Positions 8,667-17,731 of a DNA stretch of 64,000 nucleotides are shown piece after piece (positions within the stretch are counted from its first letter, which is position 1; the number at the start of each line of letters is the position of its first letter). A program made the position numbers and the translations under genes. Below the pieces are notes generated by a model that was given only the letters and a program-made list of their open reading frames with translations, was not told where the DNA came from and did no database searches. Source of the stretch: Polyangiaceae bacterium (GTDB lineage Bacteria > Myxococcota_A > Polyangia > Polyangiales > Polyangiaceae); contig CBDCTZ010000014.1 in assembly GCA_965222375.1 (NCBI GenBank), forward strand, positions 992,001 to 1,056,000, read 5' to 3'.

Positions 8667-11508
8667 GGCTCCCCCAGGGCGCTGGCTTACCGCAGGTGTG
8701 GAGCCGTGGACGCAGTACCAAAGCTCGAGGGGTGTCCCCGAGCCCGAGAGGCCAGGCCGAGAAGCGGAGCTTGACCCACTTGTTCTTCCACAACTCCAAG
8801 GGCAAGTTCGAAAACTCCCGCGGCTTCGTTTCGCCCGGCTTGAACTCTTCGCGCACCAAACGTCGCACGACATCGGATTCGAGGACTCCCACCTCGATTG
8901 CAACCCCGACCGGTTTCGCCGCATCCGGTGCAACCGCAAAAGCGATGCAGTCTCCGGCATTGACTTCGACACCCAGTCGCGCGTCTACGGGTGGCGAACC
9001 TTGGTGCTCCGGAACCATCGAAATGCCGTCCTCTGTTGCGACGGCGGTTCCCCGCGCGACTTCCAATCGAGCTTGATGCAACTCTTGGATCAAACTCTTG
9101 CGCGAGACACAGGGTGCGACGCGGGCACTTTGGATGACTAAGGTGTCGCCGTCCGCATTTTCGCCGGGCTCGACGGCGAAGCGCAACAGCGCTTCACGGC
9201 CGGCGAACTGCTCAAGAGGCAGCTCCAGGGCCTTGGGAAAGCTCGCCGGCAGTAGCTCTAGTCGCGCCAATCGCGGCCGGAGGCGACCATCGAGAGCATG
9301 CACGTCGAAGTGAGCGCCGTCCCCGGCTTTACTTTCACGCGCCACTCGAGCAAACAAGCAAGAGTTTGGGCAGGGGCGAACGGGCAAGAACAGCTCGGCG
9401 GGTGGCTCGGGGTGTGGGTTGGGTGGCAGCACGATCCTACCGTCTTCCGCCGTCGCTTCCGTGAAGCGTCCAAATGCCCCAGATTGAGCTCGCCGATCCA
9501 GGTCGACGTCGGCTTCGCACGCCTCGGACTCGAAGCTGCCCGGATCGCTGAGCACCAGCTCGGTCAACGCGTGAACTCGAATCGCCATGTAGTTGGCCGA
9601 AGCGTCTCGCGCGACTGAGTGAATCACCATGCGCGTGGCCCGACGCGGGTTGCGCGCGGGCTGTACTCCACTCCAGTGCCACTCTGCGGCTTCCGGAACC
9701 GGTGCCAATACTTGCGCGATACGGTTGTGCACCTCGAGTCCGGGCAGGAGCATTCGACGCGCCAGAGGTTCCTCCCCGTCGAAAAACTGAACCTCCAGCC
9801 AAGGCATGCCACCAACCATGCGTCGGAGCGTCGGGACCGAGATTTCGTAATCCAGCTCAATCAGATGATGTTCTGGAATCGGGCGTCGAAAGGACAATTC
9901 GATGCTGCCTGGAACAGGCAGAGCCTCCTTTCGCAACACCTGCGAGACCGGAATGGGCGTTCGCTTGGGTACCAGGGGCTTGTCGCGTAGTCGTGCTCCA
10001 AATAGTGCGGGCCCCAGGCGTACGGTTGGCTCGTAGTATTGCGCCCGGATCACGAAGTCCGGTCCTAGGGCCCATTGGTGCACCGCGGGCTGCCAGTCGA
10101 AGGACTCAAGCCGCAACACCATTCGCGGGCACGCAGCCTTGCGCAGCTTCTCACCGATTTCTTTCTGTCGGGTTGCAGACCAACGCAGAAGGGTCTTGGT
10201 TGGCCCACCTACATCTGCCAACGGGTGAGCCACGCCCATGCCGTGCGGCACGCTGATGCAGGACGCACCAGCGGACGCTTCGTCCCGCATCCATGCGATG
10301 GCTCGCCCTAGGTCGCTCTGGTAGTTGGCCGTTGCTTTGGGAAAGCCAGCGCCAAAGCGCAGGGCCAACGCATCTGCAATCTTGGTGGGCTGCCAAGCCG
10401 AGGCGCGGTCAGCGTGACCACCGAACCAGCCCAAGATGAACCCGGCGCTGAGCAGACCTGACCAGGCTGTGATCACGTGGCGTTTGCCCCAATTCCGCAC
10501 GCAGATGATGCAGAGAACGGCGGCGAGGGGCGCCAAGGAGGCGTAGACGTGCTCGGGATCGCTGCGCAAGATGCCTCTGAACACGCCGGGGAACACTCCC
10601 GCGAGCCACATGGCAGTGGTGCAATCCTGCCGCTGTCGTGTGAGAAAGACGACTGTCGGCAGAAGCGTTAGCGTGAGGAAGAACAGTGCGCTGGAGACCG
10701 AGAATCCGCCGGCATCATCGCTTTGGGTAATGGAGTAGTCTCGCACTACGTTCATCACGCCTCGAGCCAGTGCAACTGGCCCATTGCCGAATCGCTCCAG
10801 TGAAAGGGCGAAGGCCAGGGATAGCGCTGTTCCAACCGCAAGCGTTTGGAACAGTCGGATCGCTGGCGCTCGAAGCCTGCGGCTGGCGGCGACTTCGGCG
10901 GCGGCCATGCTGGCCATGCTGGCAAGCCCGAGCACCAGGTTGTCGAATGCAAGCAGACCCGCGAACGCCCAAGCTAGAGCAGTCAGAGCGGGTTGTTGCC
11001 AGCTGCGCAGGCTTCGCGATTGGGGCGAGTCCGGACTCTGGTTGGGCGAAGTGAGAGGCACATACGCAATCACCAGCGCCACGGACGCGATCGATCGCAA
11101 GGAGCGCACGTCATCGTGCAAAGACAGCAGGCACAGTCCGAGCATCACGACGGCACGTCGAACTGGGTCCTTGGTGACGAATAGCGTGATCAAACCGCAG
11201 ATGAGCACTGACACCAAGGGGAAGACCAGGTGCTGGCCCGCGACCAGCCCTTGGGCATCCCGACCGACGAGGGCAGCGCCACACCATGCCAGCAGTTGCC
11301 AGAGGGGGCCCACCGGATACACGAAGTCGAAGGCGGACCACTCTCCTTTGGCCGCTCGCCAGGGGAGCTGTAGCTCCCACTCGTAATCGAAGCGTCGATA
11401 CTCCAGAGCGCGCAGGGTGAGTTGTTCGTGCCAGAGGTAGGCGTTGCAAGCGACCGTGGCTACGAAGTATGCCGCGATCAACCAAGGCAGTGCCCGACGC
11501 AGCTTCAT
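8656..11508 (-). CDS. Large polytopic membrane protein, GT-C-like N-terminus with repeated extracytoplasmic beta-sandwich domains
   Basis: About 10 hydrophobic segments in the first ~370 aa; DYEW.L...GEW...DF.YP.GP loop; C-terminal repeats of the LPLEQFAGREALLRF type; paralog of 11505-14336. Confidence 0.7.
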   Translation of the reverse strand: MKLRRALPWLIAAYFVATVACNAYLWHEQLTLRALEYRRFDYEWELQLPWRAAKGEWSAFDFVYPVGPLWQLLAWCGAALVGRDAQGLVAGQHLVFPLVSVLICGLITLFVTKDPVRRAVVMLGLCLLSLHDDVRSLRSIASVALVIAYVPLTSPNQSPDSPQSRSLRSWQQPALTALAWAFAGLLAFDNLVLGLASMASMAAAEVAASRRLRAPAIRLFQTLAVGTALSLAFALSLERFGNGPVALARGVMNVVRDYSITQSDDAGGFSVSSALFFLTLTLLPTVVFLTRQRQDCTTAMWLAGVFPGVFRGILRSDPEHVYASLAPLAAVLCIICVRNWGKRHVITAWSGLLSAGFILGWFGGHADRASAWQPTKIADALALRFGAGFPKATANYQSDLGRAIAWMRDEASAGASCISVPHGMGVAHPLADVGGPTKTLLRWSATRQKEIGEKLRKAACPRMVLRLESFDWQPAVHQWALGPDFVIRAQYYEPTVRLGPALFGARLRDKPLVPKRTPIPVSQVLRKEALPVPGSIELSFRRPIPEHHLIELDYEISVPTLRRMVGGMPWLEVQFFDGEEPLARRMLLPGLEVHNRIAQVLAPVPEAAEWHWSGVQPARNPRRATRMVIHSVARDASANYMAIRVHALTELVLSDPGSFESEACEADVDLDRRAQSGAFGRFTEATAEDGRIVLPPNPHPEPPAELFLPVRPCPNSCLFARVARESKAGDGAHFDVHALDGRLRPRLARLELLPASFPKALELPLEQFAGREALLRFAVEPGENADGDTLVIQSARVAPCVSRKSLIQELHQARLEVARGTAVATEDGISMVPEHQGSPPVDARLGVEVNAGDCIAFAVAPDAAKPVGVAIEVGVLESDVVRRLVREEFKPGETKPREFSNLPLELWKNKWVKLRFSAWPLGLGDTPRALVLRPRLHTCGKPAPWGSHGG

Positions 11509-14336
11509 TGGCAGGGCCCCAACTGAGGATTGAGGAAGGCGAAAAACTCGCCGCCGCCGAACGCCGGCTTCGCACCAAGGTGCACGCTAACGCCCCGACC
11601 AGCGAAGTCGTGGAGTGATACACTGGCGCGTTGAAACGGCGCCTTGCCTTCCAGTCGCCCCTCCGTCATTCGGTGACGAAGTCCGTCCACGACGACGTCC
11701 ATGAAGAAGTCCATGCCACCTTTCGCGTCGTATTCTTTGTGAAGCGCGAACTCCACGCTTGCGCAGGTGTCGTCAATCACGCGAACTGGTATCTGCACCT
11801 CGGCGCCACGGTTATCGGTTAGAACGTGTCCTTCCCGCGCTTGGATCAAGCCCCACACTGCGTTGGCGCGGCCGAGCTTGACGGACTCCGAAATGTTGGA
11901 GCGCGCGGAGCAGCGCATGACCCGCGCACCCGAGAGCCACAAGAAATCGCCATCGGGACCGTCTTGCCCATAGCTGCCTAGGCGCAACAGGACGTCCCGG
12001 CCCGCAAAGCCCCCCAGAGGGATCTCGATCAGGCGCCGCTCGCCCTTCTTCAACCAGTGCTTCGCCAAAAGTGGGCGGGCACCCCGATCGATGATGTGAG
12101 TCTCCAGGGTCGCGCCGTCGCTCTTGGGGCCTCCCGTGTCGATCCCGACTTCCGCGAAGAAGCAACTTTCCTTGCAGGGCACGATTGGAAAGAAGACCTC
12201 TGCAGGTGGCTCCAGCGCACCATTGGGATGCAGCTGAAAGCTGAATTGATCTGGTCGCGGCGAAACTTGCCGCGGCCAGGCTTCGCCCTTCTTGATGGCA
12301 GCGAGCAGATCTTGCTCACCGTTGCAGCGCCTCGGCGGCTTGGCCACCGGGTCACGAGCTGACTTGACTAGACCGAGCTCGTGCAAGGTCAGTGCGATGC
12401 GTTTCGGGGACGCCAATCCCCTGGGTTCGGCGCGTAGCTCCAAGGTGTCGGCGCTTCGGGTGGGTTGCATGTCCTCCCCGGCCAGCCAGCGTCGCTCAGT
12501 AACCTCGGGCTCCACGCTCAAGTACGCTCGAGTGCGCTCCCCTACGGCCATGTGGAAGAGGTACTGCCAGTCCGCCAAGGGCTTGCCGTCTCTGCTGAAG
12601 CGCCATTTGATCAGTGGAGTGCCGCCGGCGAAGGCACGCCAACGCCGCATGTGCAAGGTGTAGTCGAGCCGCAATGGGTGGCGCCCGTCGATGAGTTTCG
12701 GCAGTGGGACGCGAACCTGTCCAGGGATCGCTACGGGGCGTTTAGGGCTCAGGCTGGTGACCTCCAGCACTTCGATCCGCGGGACAGCCGGACTCGAGCG
12801 CAGAGTCATGCCCACCAGCGCTGGGCCGATGCGCCGCTGCGCTTCGTACAGCTCGGCTAGAGCAAAGAAGTCCTCGCCGAGGGGCCACGCGCTTTCGGGA
12901 ACGTCGAAGCTATGCAGCTTGTGCACATAGAGGGGGCATCGAGCGGCGCGCAACTCATCGGCGAGCTCATTCTGTAGCGTGCTGTTCCAGCGCAGGCCCA
13001 TCTGGGTCGGGCCACCGCGCCGCAGCAGCGGGTGCACTACGGTCAACCCCGGGCGAGCACCGATGCAACGTGGGCTGTCCTTTGCCACCTTTGCCTCGAG
13101 CCAACGCATGGCTGCGGACACATCAGTCTGGAAGTGCGGGTCCGCGGTTCGCGTTCCTTTGCGCACGTCCTGGGCCTCGGCGATGACCCGTGGGTGGGTC
13201 CACATCTGGTGTGGTCTGCGCCCGAACCAGGAAAGCACGAACAGTGCGCACAGCAGACCGGACGCAGCGCGCACGGAAATCGTGCTTGCCTTGGTTTCGC
13301 TTGCCGCAACCAGCAGTAGCACTACGAGAAGCGGCAGGATCGATACGTAGACGTGGCCCGCGTCCGTCTGCAGCAACACGAAGGCGGCGAAAGGAAGCGT
13401 GCCTATGAGCCAGGTTGCTTTGGCCCAGGCAAGCTGTCGCTTGAAGACCAAGAGGCCGCCCATGGCCGTCGTCGCCAGCAGCAGCACGACCATGCTTTCT
13501 CGTGAGACCACGTCCCGATCCCAAGGCAGCGCGAGGTTAGCGCCGTAGGCCGTCGCCAGCACGGCCTGTTTCTTCAGGTACGTGACCGGACTCGCACCTA
13601 CCAACAGCGCCAGTAGCCAGACCGCCGCCGACAGTGCGCCGAGCGCCACGACAAACCGGCCCAGGCGCTGTAGCGCTGGAGCGAGGGCAAGCTGGCGGCG
13701 ACGCCTCGCCAATAGCTCCACCACGAAGACGGCCAGGATTCCGACACCGGCAAACACGAAGCGGTCCGGCGACAAGGAGAGACCCACGAGGCACAGGGCG
13801 GCGCTGGCAAAGGCGGAAGCGTAGCTCGGCGTCGCGTCCGACCCGTCTCGCGGCGCGTACGCCAATATTGTGGCGACGGAGACGACGGATCGGAAGGTTG
13901 CCACCCCGGCGCCGTAGGACAGGGTTGCGATCAGAAGGAACGCCCACAGGCGCAAGAAACCAGGCCGTACGAAGCGCCAAGCGATCAGTGCCGCTGCCGC
14001 GGTACCCAACAGCCGAAACGCGCCTTCCAGACCCGCGAGGGCTTTCTCTGGCACGAAGGGGCCGGGTAGGGAGCCGAGGTACGCCACGAGTTGCCAGCCC
14101 GGTCCCATGGGAAAGTGGAAGTCCCGCCCGCTCCACTCTCCGTTGTGAGCACGGAATGCGAGTTCCATCTGCCAGGCGTAGTCGATGATGTGACTCTCGA
14201 GGGCGCGCATGTCCCAGGTCCCGACGCGCACGTAGCGGCTCGAAATCCACGCGACTACCAGGTAGGTAACCGCCACCAGCGTCGCAAGCAGCAACCCGAA
14301 GCGGCGCGCAGGCTTAGCTTTCGGTTGCGGAGTCAC
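11505..14336 (-). CDS. Large polytopic membrane protein, paralog of 8656-11508
   Basis: DYAWQMEL...GEWSGRDFHFPMGP loop, same transmembrane layout, repeats IPLGGFAGRDVLLRL and SLHDFAGRGVSVHL. Confidence 0.7.
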   Translation of the reverse strand: MTPQPKAKPARRFGLLLATLVAVTYLVVAWISSRYVRVGTWDMRALESHIIDYAWQMELAFRAHNGEWSGRDFHFPMGPGWQLVAYLGSLPGPFVPEKALAGLEGAFRLLGTAAAALIAWRFVRPGFLRLWAFLLIATLSYGAGVATFRSVVSVATILAYAPRDGSDATPSYASAFASAALCLVGLSLSPDRFVFAGVGILAVFVVELLARRRRQLALAPALQRLGRFVVALGALSAAVWLLALLVGASPVTYLKKQAVLATAYGANLALPWDRDVVSRESMVVLLLATTAMGGLLVFKRQLAWAKATWLIGTLPFAAFVLLQTDAGHVYVSILPLLVVLLLVAASETKASTISVRAASGLLCALFVLSWFGRRPHQMWTHPRVIAEAQDVRKGTRTADPHFQTDVSAAMRWLEAKVAKDSPRCIGARPGLTVVHPLLRRGGPTQMGLRWNSTLQNELADELRAARCPLYVHKLHSFDVPESAWPLGEDFFALAELYEAQRRIGPALVGMTLRSSPAVPRIEVLEVTSLSPKRPVAIPGQVRVPLPKLIDGRHPLRLDYTLHMRRWRAFAGGTPLIKWRFSRDGKPLADWQYLFHMAVGERTRAYLSVEPEVTERRWLAGEDMQPTRSADTLELRAEPRGLASPKRIALTLHELGLVKSARDPVAKPPRRCNGEQDLLAAIKKGEAWPRQVSPRPDQFSFQLHPNGALEPPAEVFFPIVPCKESCFFAEVGIDTGGPKSDGATLETHIIDRGARPLLAKHWLKKGERRLIEIPLGGFAGRDVLLRLGSYGQDGPDGDFLWLSGARVMRCSARSNISESVKLGRANAVWGLIQAREGHVLTDNRGAEVQIPVRVIDDTCASVEFALHKEYDAKGGMDFFMDVVVDGLRHRMTEGRLEGKAPFQRASVSLHDFAGRGVSVHLGAKPAFGGGEFFAFLNPQLGPCQ

Positions 14337-15613
14337 GGCTCCTCGCTGATGCGCTGGCGCACGACCTTACGCAGCTTGCCCCTGCGGTTCAGAGGAATGC
14401 TGTCTACGGACGATATCTCGAAGCGGATCCCGGGACCCATCAGCTCGCGCATCACGCCGCGGAGTTGGTCGACCTGAGCCGCGTCGGGCGAATCTTGCCA
14501 GACAACCTGTAGCTCTATTTCGTTGGCGCTCTTCTGGAGCAGTCGGTATTGAGTGAAACCGCGCACGGCCTCGATTCGCGGCGCAAGCGTGCGGGGACCA
14601 ATCCGAGCACCGTTTTCCAGGACCAAGATGTCGTCGACGCGCCCCTCGGTCAGGTCGAGGCGGGGCAGGCCACGCCCACAGGCACAACCTCCCGCAAGCA
14701 GGCGCCCGGCGTCGCCGATGCGGTACCGAATCAAAGGCATCAAGCGATTGACCAACCCCGTTACGAGCAGCTCGCCTTCATGTCCGGGTGCGGCTACCCG
14801 CCCGTCTCGGAGGGCTTCGATGTAGACGCTGTCGGCATCGATATGCAGTGCATCATGCTCAGAGCAATCCCAGGCAAGGCGGTTGAACTCCTGCGCCCCG
14901 TACAAATTGAACACCGGGCAGCGAAACGTCTTCGCGATCAGATCCCGGGTGGCGGGAGGCAGGAGTTCCCCATGACAAATGATCCCGCGGGGCGTGATCC
15001 CGGGCTCGCTACCATCCTCGACGAGGCGCGCCAGGAGGGCCATGCTGCTCGGAAACACGTAGACCCAATCGGGTGCCAGATCTCGCAGCTCGGCCAATTG
15101 AGTTCGGGCGTCGGGCACCAACTGGATGTAGTTCTTGCGCATCAAGCCGAGGCGCTCGTAGAGCCGTGGCGCACGGCGTGACTCTCCCCAGAAGTACGCA
15201 AGCCTGTGCCAGGGTCGATAACCCGTCTGAAACAGGGCCCGAGCGTAGACTGCATCGAGGTAGTCGTTGGCGGCGGCGTCGTATGCGATCTCCATGAACT
15301 GTCCGGACGTGCCGGAAGTGGTGAACACCACGTCGGCCGGGCGTGGGTCCCGAACGCGGATGCCGTCTGGGTAGGCGGCGACGACTTGCTCTCTCGTAAT
15401 GGTCGGGAAGTGGGCCAAGTCCTCAAGCTGGCGAAAATCCCGAGCGCTCACGCCCGCGTTCCGAAAGCTCTCCCGATACCAGGGCACGTGCTTCTGAGAG
15501 AAGTGCAGCATTCGGCGCAGCTTGATGAACTGGGCCCTGCGCACGGCGGCTCGAGGAAGCCATTGAAACGCCTCTGCAGCGCTGAGATATGCCAACTTTC
15601 GTAACGTCGACAT
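14333..15613 (-). CDS. Phenylacetate-CoA ligase / CapK-like adenylate-forming enzyme
   Basis: VPWYR, TSGTSG, HGELL, YGAQE, MPLIRYRIGD, CACGRGLP, EGRVDD, GKLRKV. Confidence 0.9.
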   Translation of the reverse strand: MSTLRKLAYLSAAEAFQWLPRAAVRRAQFIKLRRMLHFSQKHVPWYRESFRNAGVSARDFRQLEDLAHFPTITREQVVAAYPDGIRVRDPRPADVVFTTSGTSGQFMEIAYDAAANDYLDAVYARALFQTGYRPWHRLAYFWGESRRAPRLYERLGLMRKNYIQLVPDARTQLAELRDLAPDWVYVFPSSMALLARLVEDGSEPGITPRGIICHGELLPPATRDLIAKTFRCPVFNLYGAQEFNRLAWDCSEHDALHIDADSVYIEALRDGRVAAPGHEGELLVTGLVNRLMPLIRYRIGDAGRLLAGGCACGRGLPRLDLTEGRVDDILVLENGARIGPRTLAPRIEAVRGFTQYRLLQKSANEIELQVVWQDSPDAAQVDQLRGVMRELMGPGIRFEISSVDSIPLNRRGKLRKVVRQRISEEP

Positions 15614-15624
15614 GGCGGCGAAGC

Positions 15625-16545
15625 CTAGCTTCCCTTGATGGGGCGCAGAGTCACGTGGGGGCAGGTGGCATACAGACCCCGCGCGCCCAGAGGGTCGAGA
15701 CTGAGGTTAGCCCTCGCCGCCAGCTGTCGGAGTTCGCTTTCGGTGAACAGGTGCACGAAGCCGCGGTGTGTCATGAGGTCGCCGGGCTCCGCCGAAATGA
15801 CATTTCGGCGCAGACGTGCTGCGAGGCGCCCGGTGGCGTCCCATAGCCGACCCCGGGGCCGACCCGCGCCGCGTCCCTCGCTCTGAAGCCAGAAGCTCAC
15901 GAGGATCGGACCGTCAGGGCAGAGCCGGGTGAGGCGTTGTAGCAGCGCCTGGCGTGTCCGCGCGTCGGGCAAATGAGTGAAGCTCACCCAGCCCAACAGC
16001 ACTGCATCGTAGGGCGAGTGCGATTCCACCCACTCGACGAAGGAATGCTCTGGCTCCCCGTGTGGATTGACCAATGCCTCGTAGCTTCCGCGGACCAACG
16101 AAACCTGCTGCGGTAGGTCGGCTTCGCGCAAGAACTTCAGAACGGGGTCGAAACCAAACACCTTGTGGCCCCGGCTCTGAAGATGGCGCGCCTCGCGCCC
16201 CGAGCCCGCACCACCAACGAGGATCTTGCTCGGTGCGCTCGGGAGCCCAAATGCAAACCAGTCCGATTCCCAGGGATGAAGGTCGTCCACCCGCCCAGGT
16301 CCGCCGCGCGCATACAGCTGTCGCGTCAGTGCTGACAGCTCCGAAGGCGTCAGGCAGCTCAGGGCGGCGGCACCCAGGATTCCTTCCAGGCGCTCTACCG
16401 TTCGCATCAGCGCGGCCTCGGCACGGAATGCCAGCGAAAACGGCAATGGGGCTCGGGCCTTTCGCATTGGGTTGAGAATGCTACCACTCCGACTCATCCG
16501 GTGCGCCACCTGCTTTAGCCAGCTCAACTCGGAATTGGGGCGCAT
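15625..16545 (-). CDS. Class I SAM-dependent methyltransferase
   Basis: ILVGGAGSGRE motif I, FGFD, YDAVLLGWVSFTH. Confidence 0.8.
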   Translation of the reverse strand: MRPNSELSWLKQVAHRMSRSGSILNPMRKARAPLPFSLAFRAEAALMRTVERLEGILGAAALSCLTPSELSALTRQLYARGGPGRVDDLHPWESDWFAFGLPSAPSKILVGGAGSGREARHLQSRGHKVFGFDPVLKFLREADLPQQVSLVRGSYEALVNPHGEPEHSFVEWVESHSPYDAVLLGWVSFTHLPDARTRQALLQRLTRLCPDGPILVSFWLQSEGRGAGRPRGRLWDATGRLAARLRRNVISAEPGDLMTHRGFVHLFTESELRQLAARANLSLDPLGARGLYATCPHVTLRPIKGS

Positions 16546-16633
16546 GGCTGTGGCGAGGCTGTGCCCAGAACTCGCGGCGGCGCGCGGCCGCAGGGGCGTA
16601 CTGGTCCCGACTCGAGAAAAGTATTGCCGGCAA

Positions 16634-17650
16634 CTACGCCGAAAAGGCGCACTCCGAGCACTCGTAGACCCGATGCGTCAACTCCTCTAGCGCAAGGCTT
16701 CCGTTTGCCTCGGATAGATCAAGGCGCTGCGTCGATGTCGGCAGGCGACCTCGATACGAGCCGCGCGTCAGCAACGTCAACCTCTCCCGACCCAGCGCCA
16801 CGACGGGGTGCTGCTCGCAGAACCGAATCAAGGATGGGGTTGAGCTGAAGCGGAGGCTCAAGCAACGGCGTGAACTCGGGAAGGTGCGTACGTGGCTCCC
16901 CCACAGGAGTTTGTGTTGCGCGAGGCCGTCGCTGAGAATCGGAAGCGCAGCGACCAGGTCTGTCGCGGCGAAACCGAAACGTCGGCTCAGGTCAAAGACC
17001 GCGACGTAGGGTGCCGCGCGAATGAATGCCGGCGCGCCTTCGGCGTAGCCCAGGTGTGAAAACCAGCTCTCTCCAGCGTGAACAGGGCTGCGGCAGAACA
17101 GTCCGCCTGCGACCGGGGTGCGGTCCTTTTCGATTAGGACCAACCAGCCTCGCCTGGCGTTGTCAATCGCGTCCTCAAGCGGGCTGGGGTTCCCTTCCGG
17201 GTTTCTCCTGGCATGAGTCGGCAGGTACAGGGTCTCGTAGAAGCTCTGCACCTGACGGTGGCTCCTGGACACGCTGAGCTCCAGCCCTTCCCTTGTCAAC
17301 CGAGGTAGGCGCCACTCTCGCCTGATCCGGGGACCGGGATCCCGTGGCACGAAGAAATCCAGGTGAAGCGGCACAACGAGCTTGCCACTTCGCGCAGCCC
17401 GGGGCGCCGCATCGACGTCGAGTTCGGAGATCAGCAGCTCCGCTGACGAAGAGCCCTCGCCGGTGGGCGTGCCCGCGACCGCGCGGCGAAGCCGTGCGGC
17501 CAGAGCAGAGTCTCTCGTCTGCAATTCCACGCCCAGGTTGCCGCCCTGCACCGAGACGGACCAGTGGAGGGAGTCCGCCGCTCGCGTGCGCTGGGTCACT
17601 CGCCGGCAGAGGCCGAGAATATCGCGCCGGGGCCGCGTCAGGATACTCAT
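16634..17650 (-). CDS. GNAT/FemAB-like protein (copy 4)
   Basis: FYETLYLPT..RR and LPILSDGLAQHKLLWG. Confidence 0.6.
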   Translation of the reverse strand: MSILTRPRRDILGLCRRVTQRTRAADSLHWSVSVQGGNLGVELQTRDSALAARLRRAVAGTPTGEGSSSAELLISELDVDAAPRAARSGKLVVPLHLDFFVPRDPGPRIRREWRLPRLTREGLELSVSRSHRQVQSFYETLYLPTHARRNPEGNPSPLEDAIDNARRGWLVLIEKDRTPVAGGLFCRSPVHAGESWFSHLGYAEGAPAFIRAAPYVAVFDLSRRFGFAATDLVAALPILSDGLAQHKLLWGSHVRTFPSSRRCLSLRFSSTPSLIRFCEQHPVVALGRERLTLLTRGSYRGRLPTSTQRLDLSEANGSLALEELTHRVYECSECAFSA

Positions 17651-17731
17651 GGCAGTGAGAGTCCAAAGCTATCACGCCCCATCCCGGGCGGCGATTGCGC
17701 GATCTGTCCTAGTGCCGTAGCTTGAAGCCGC

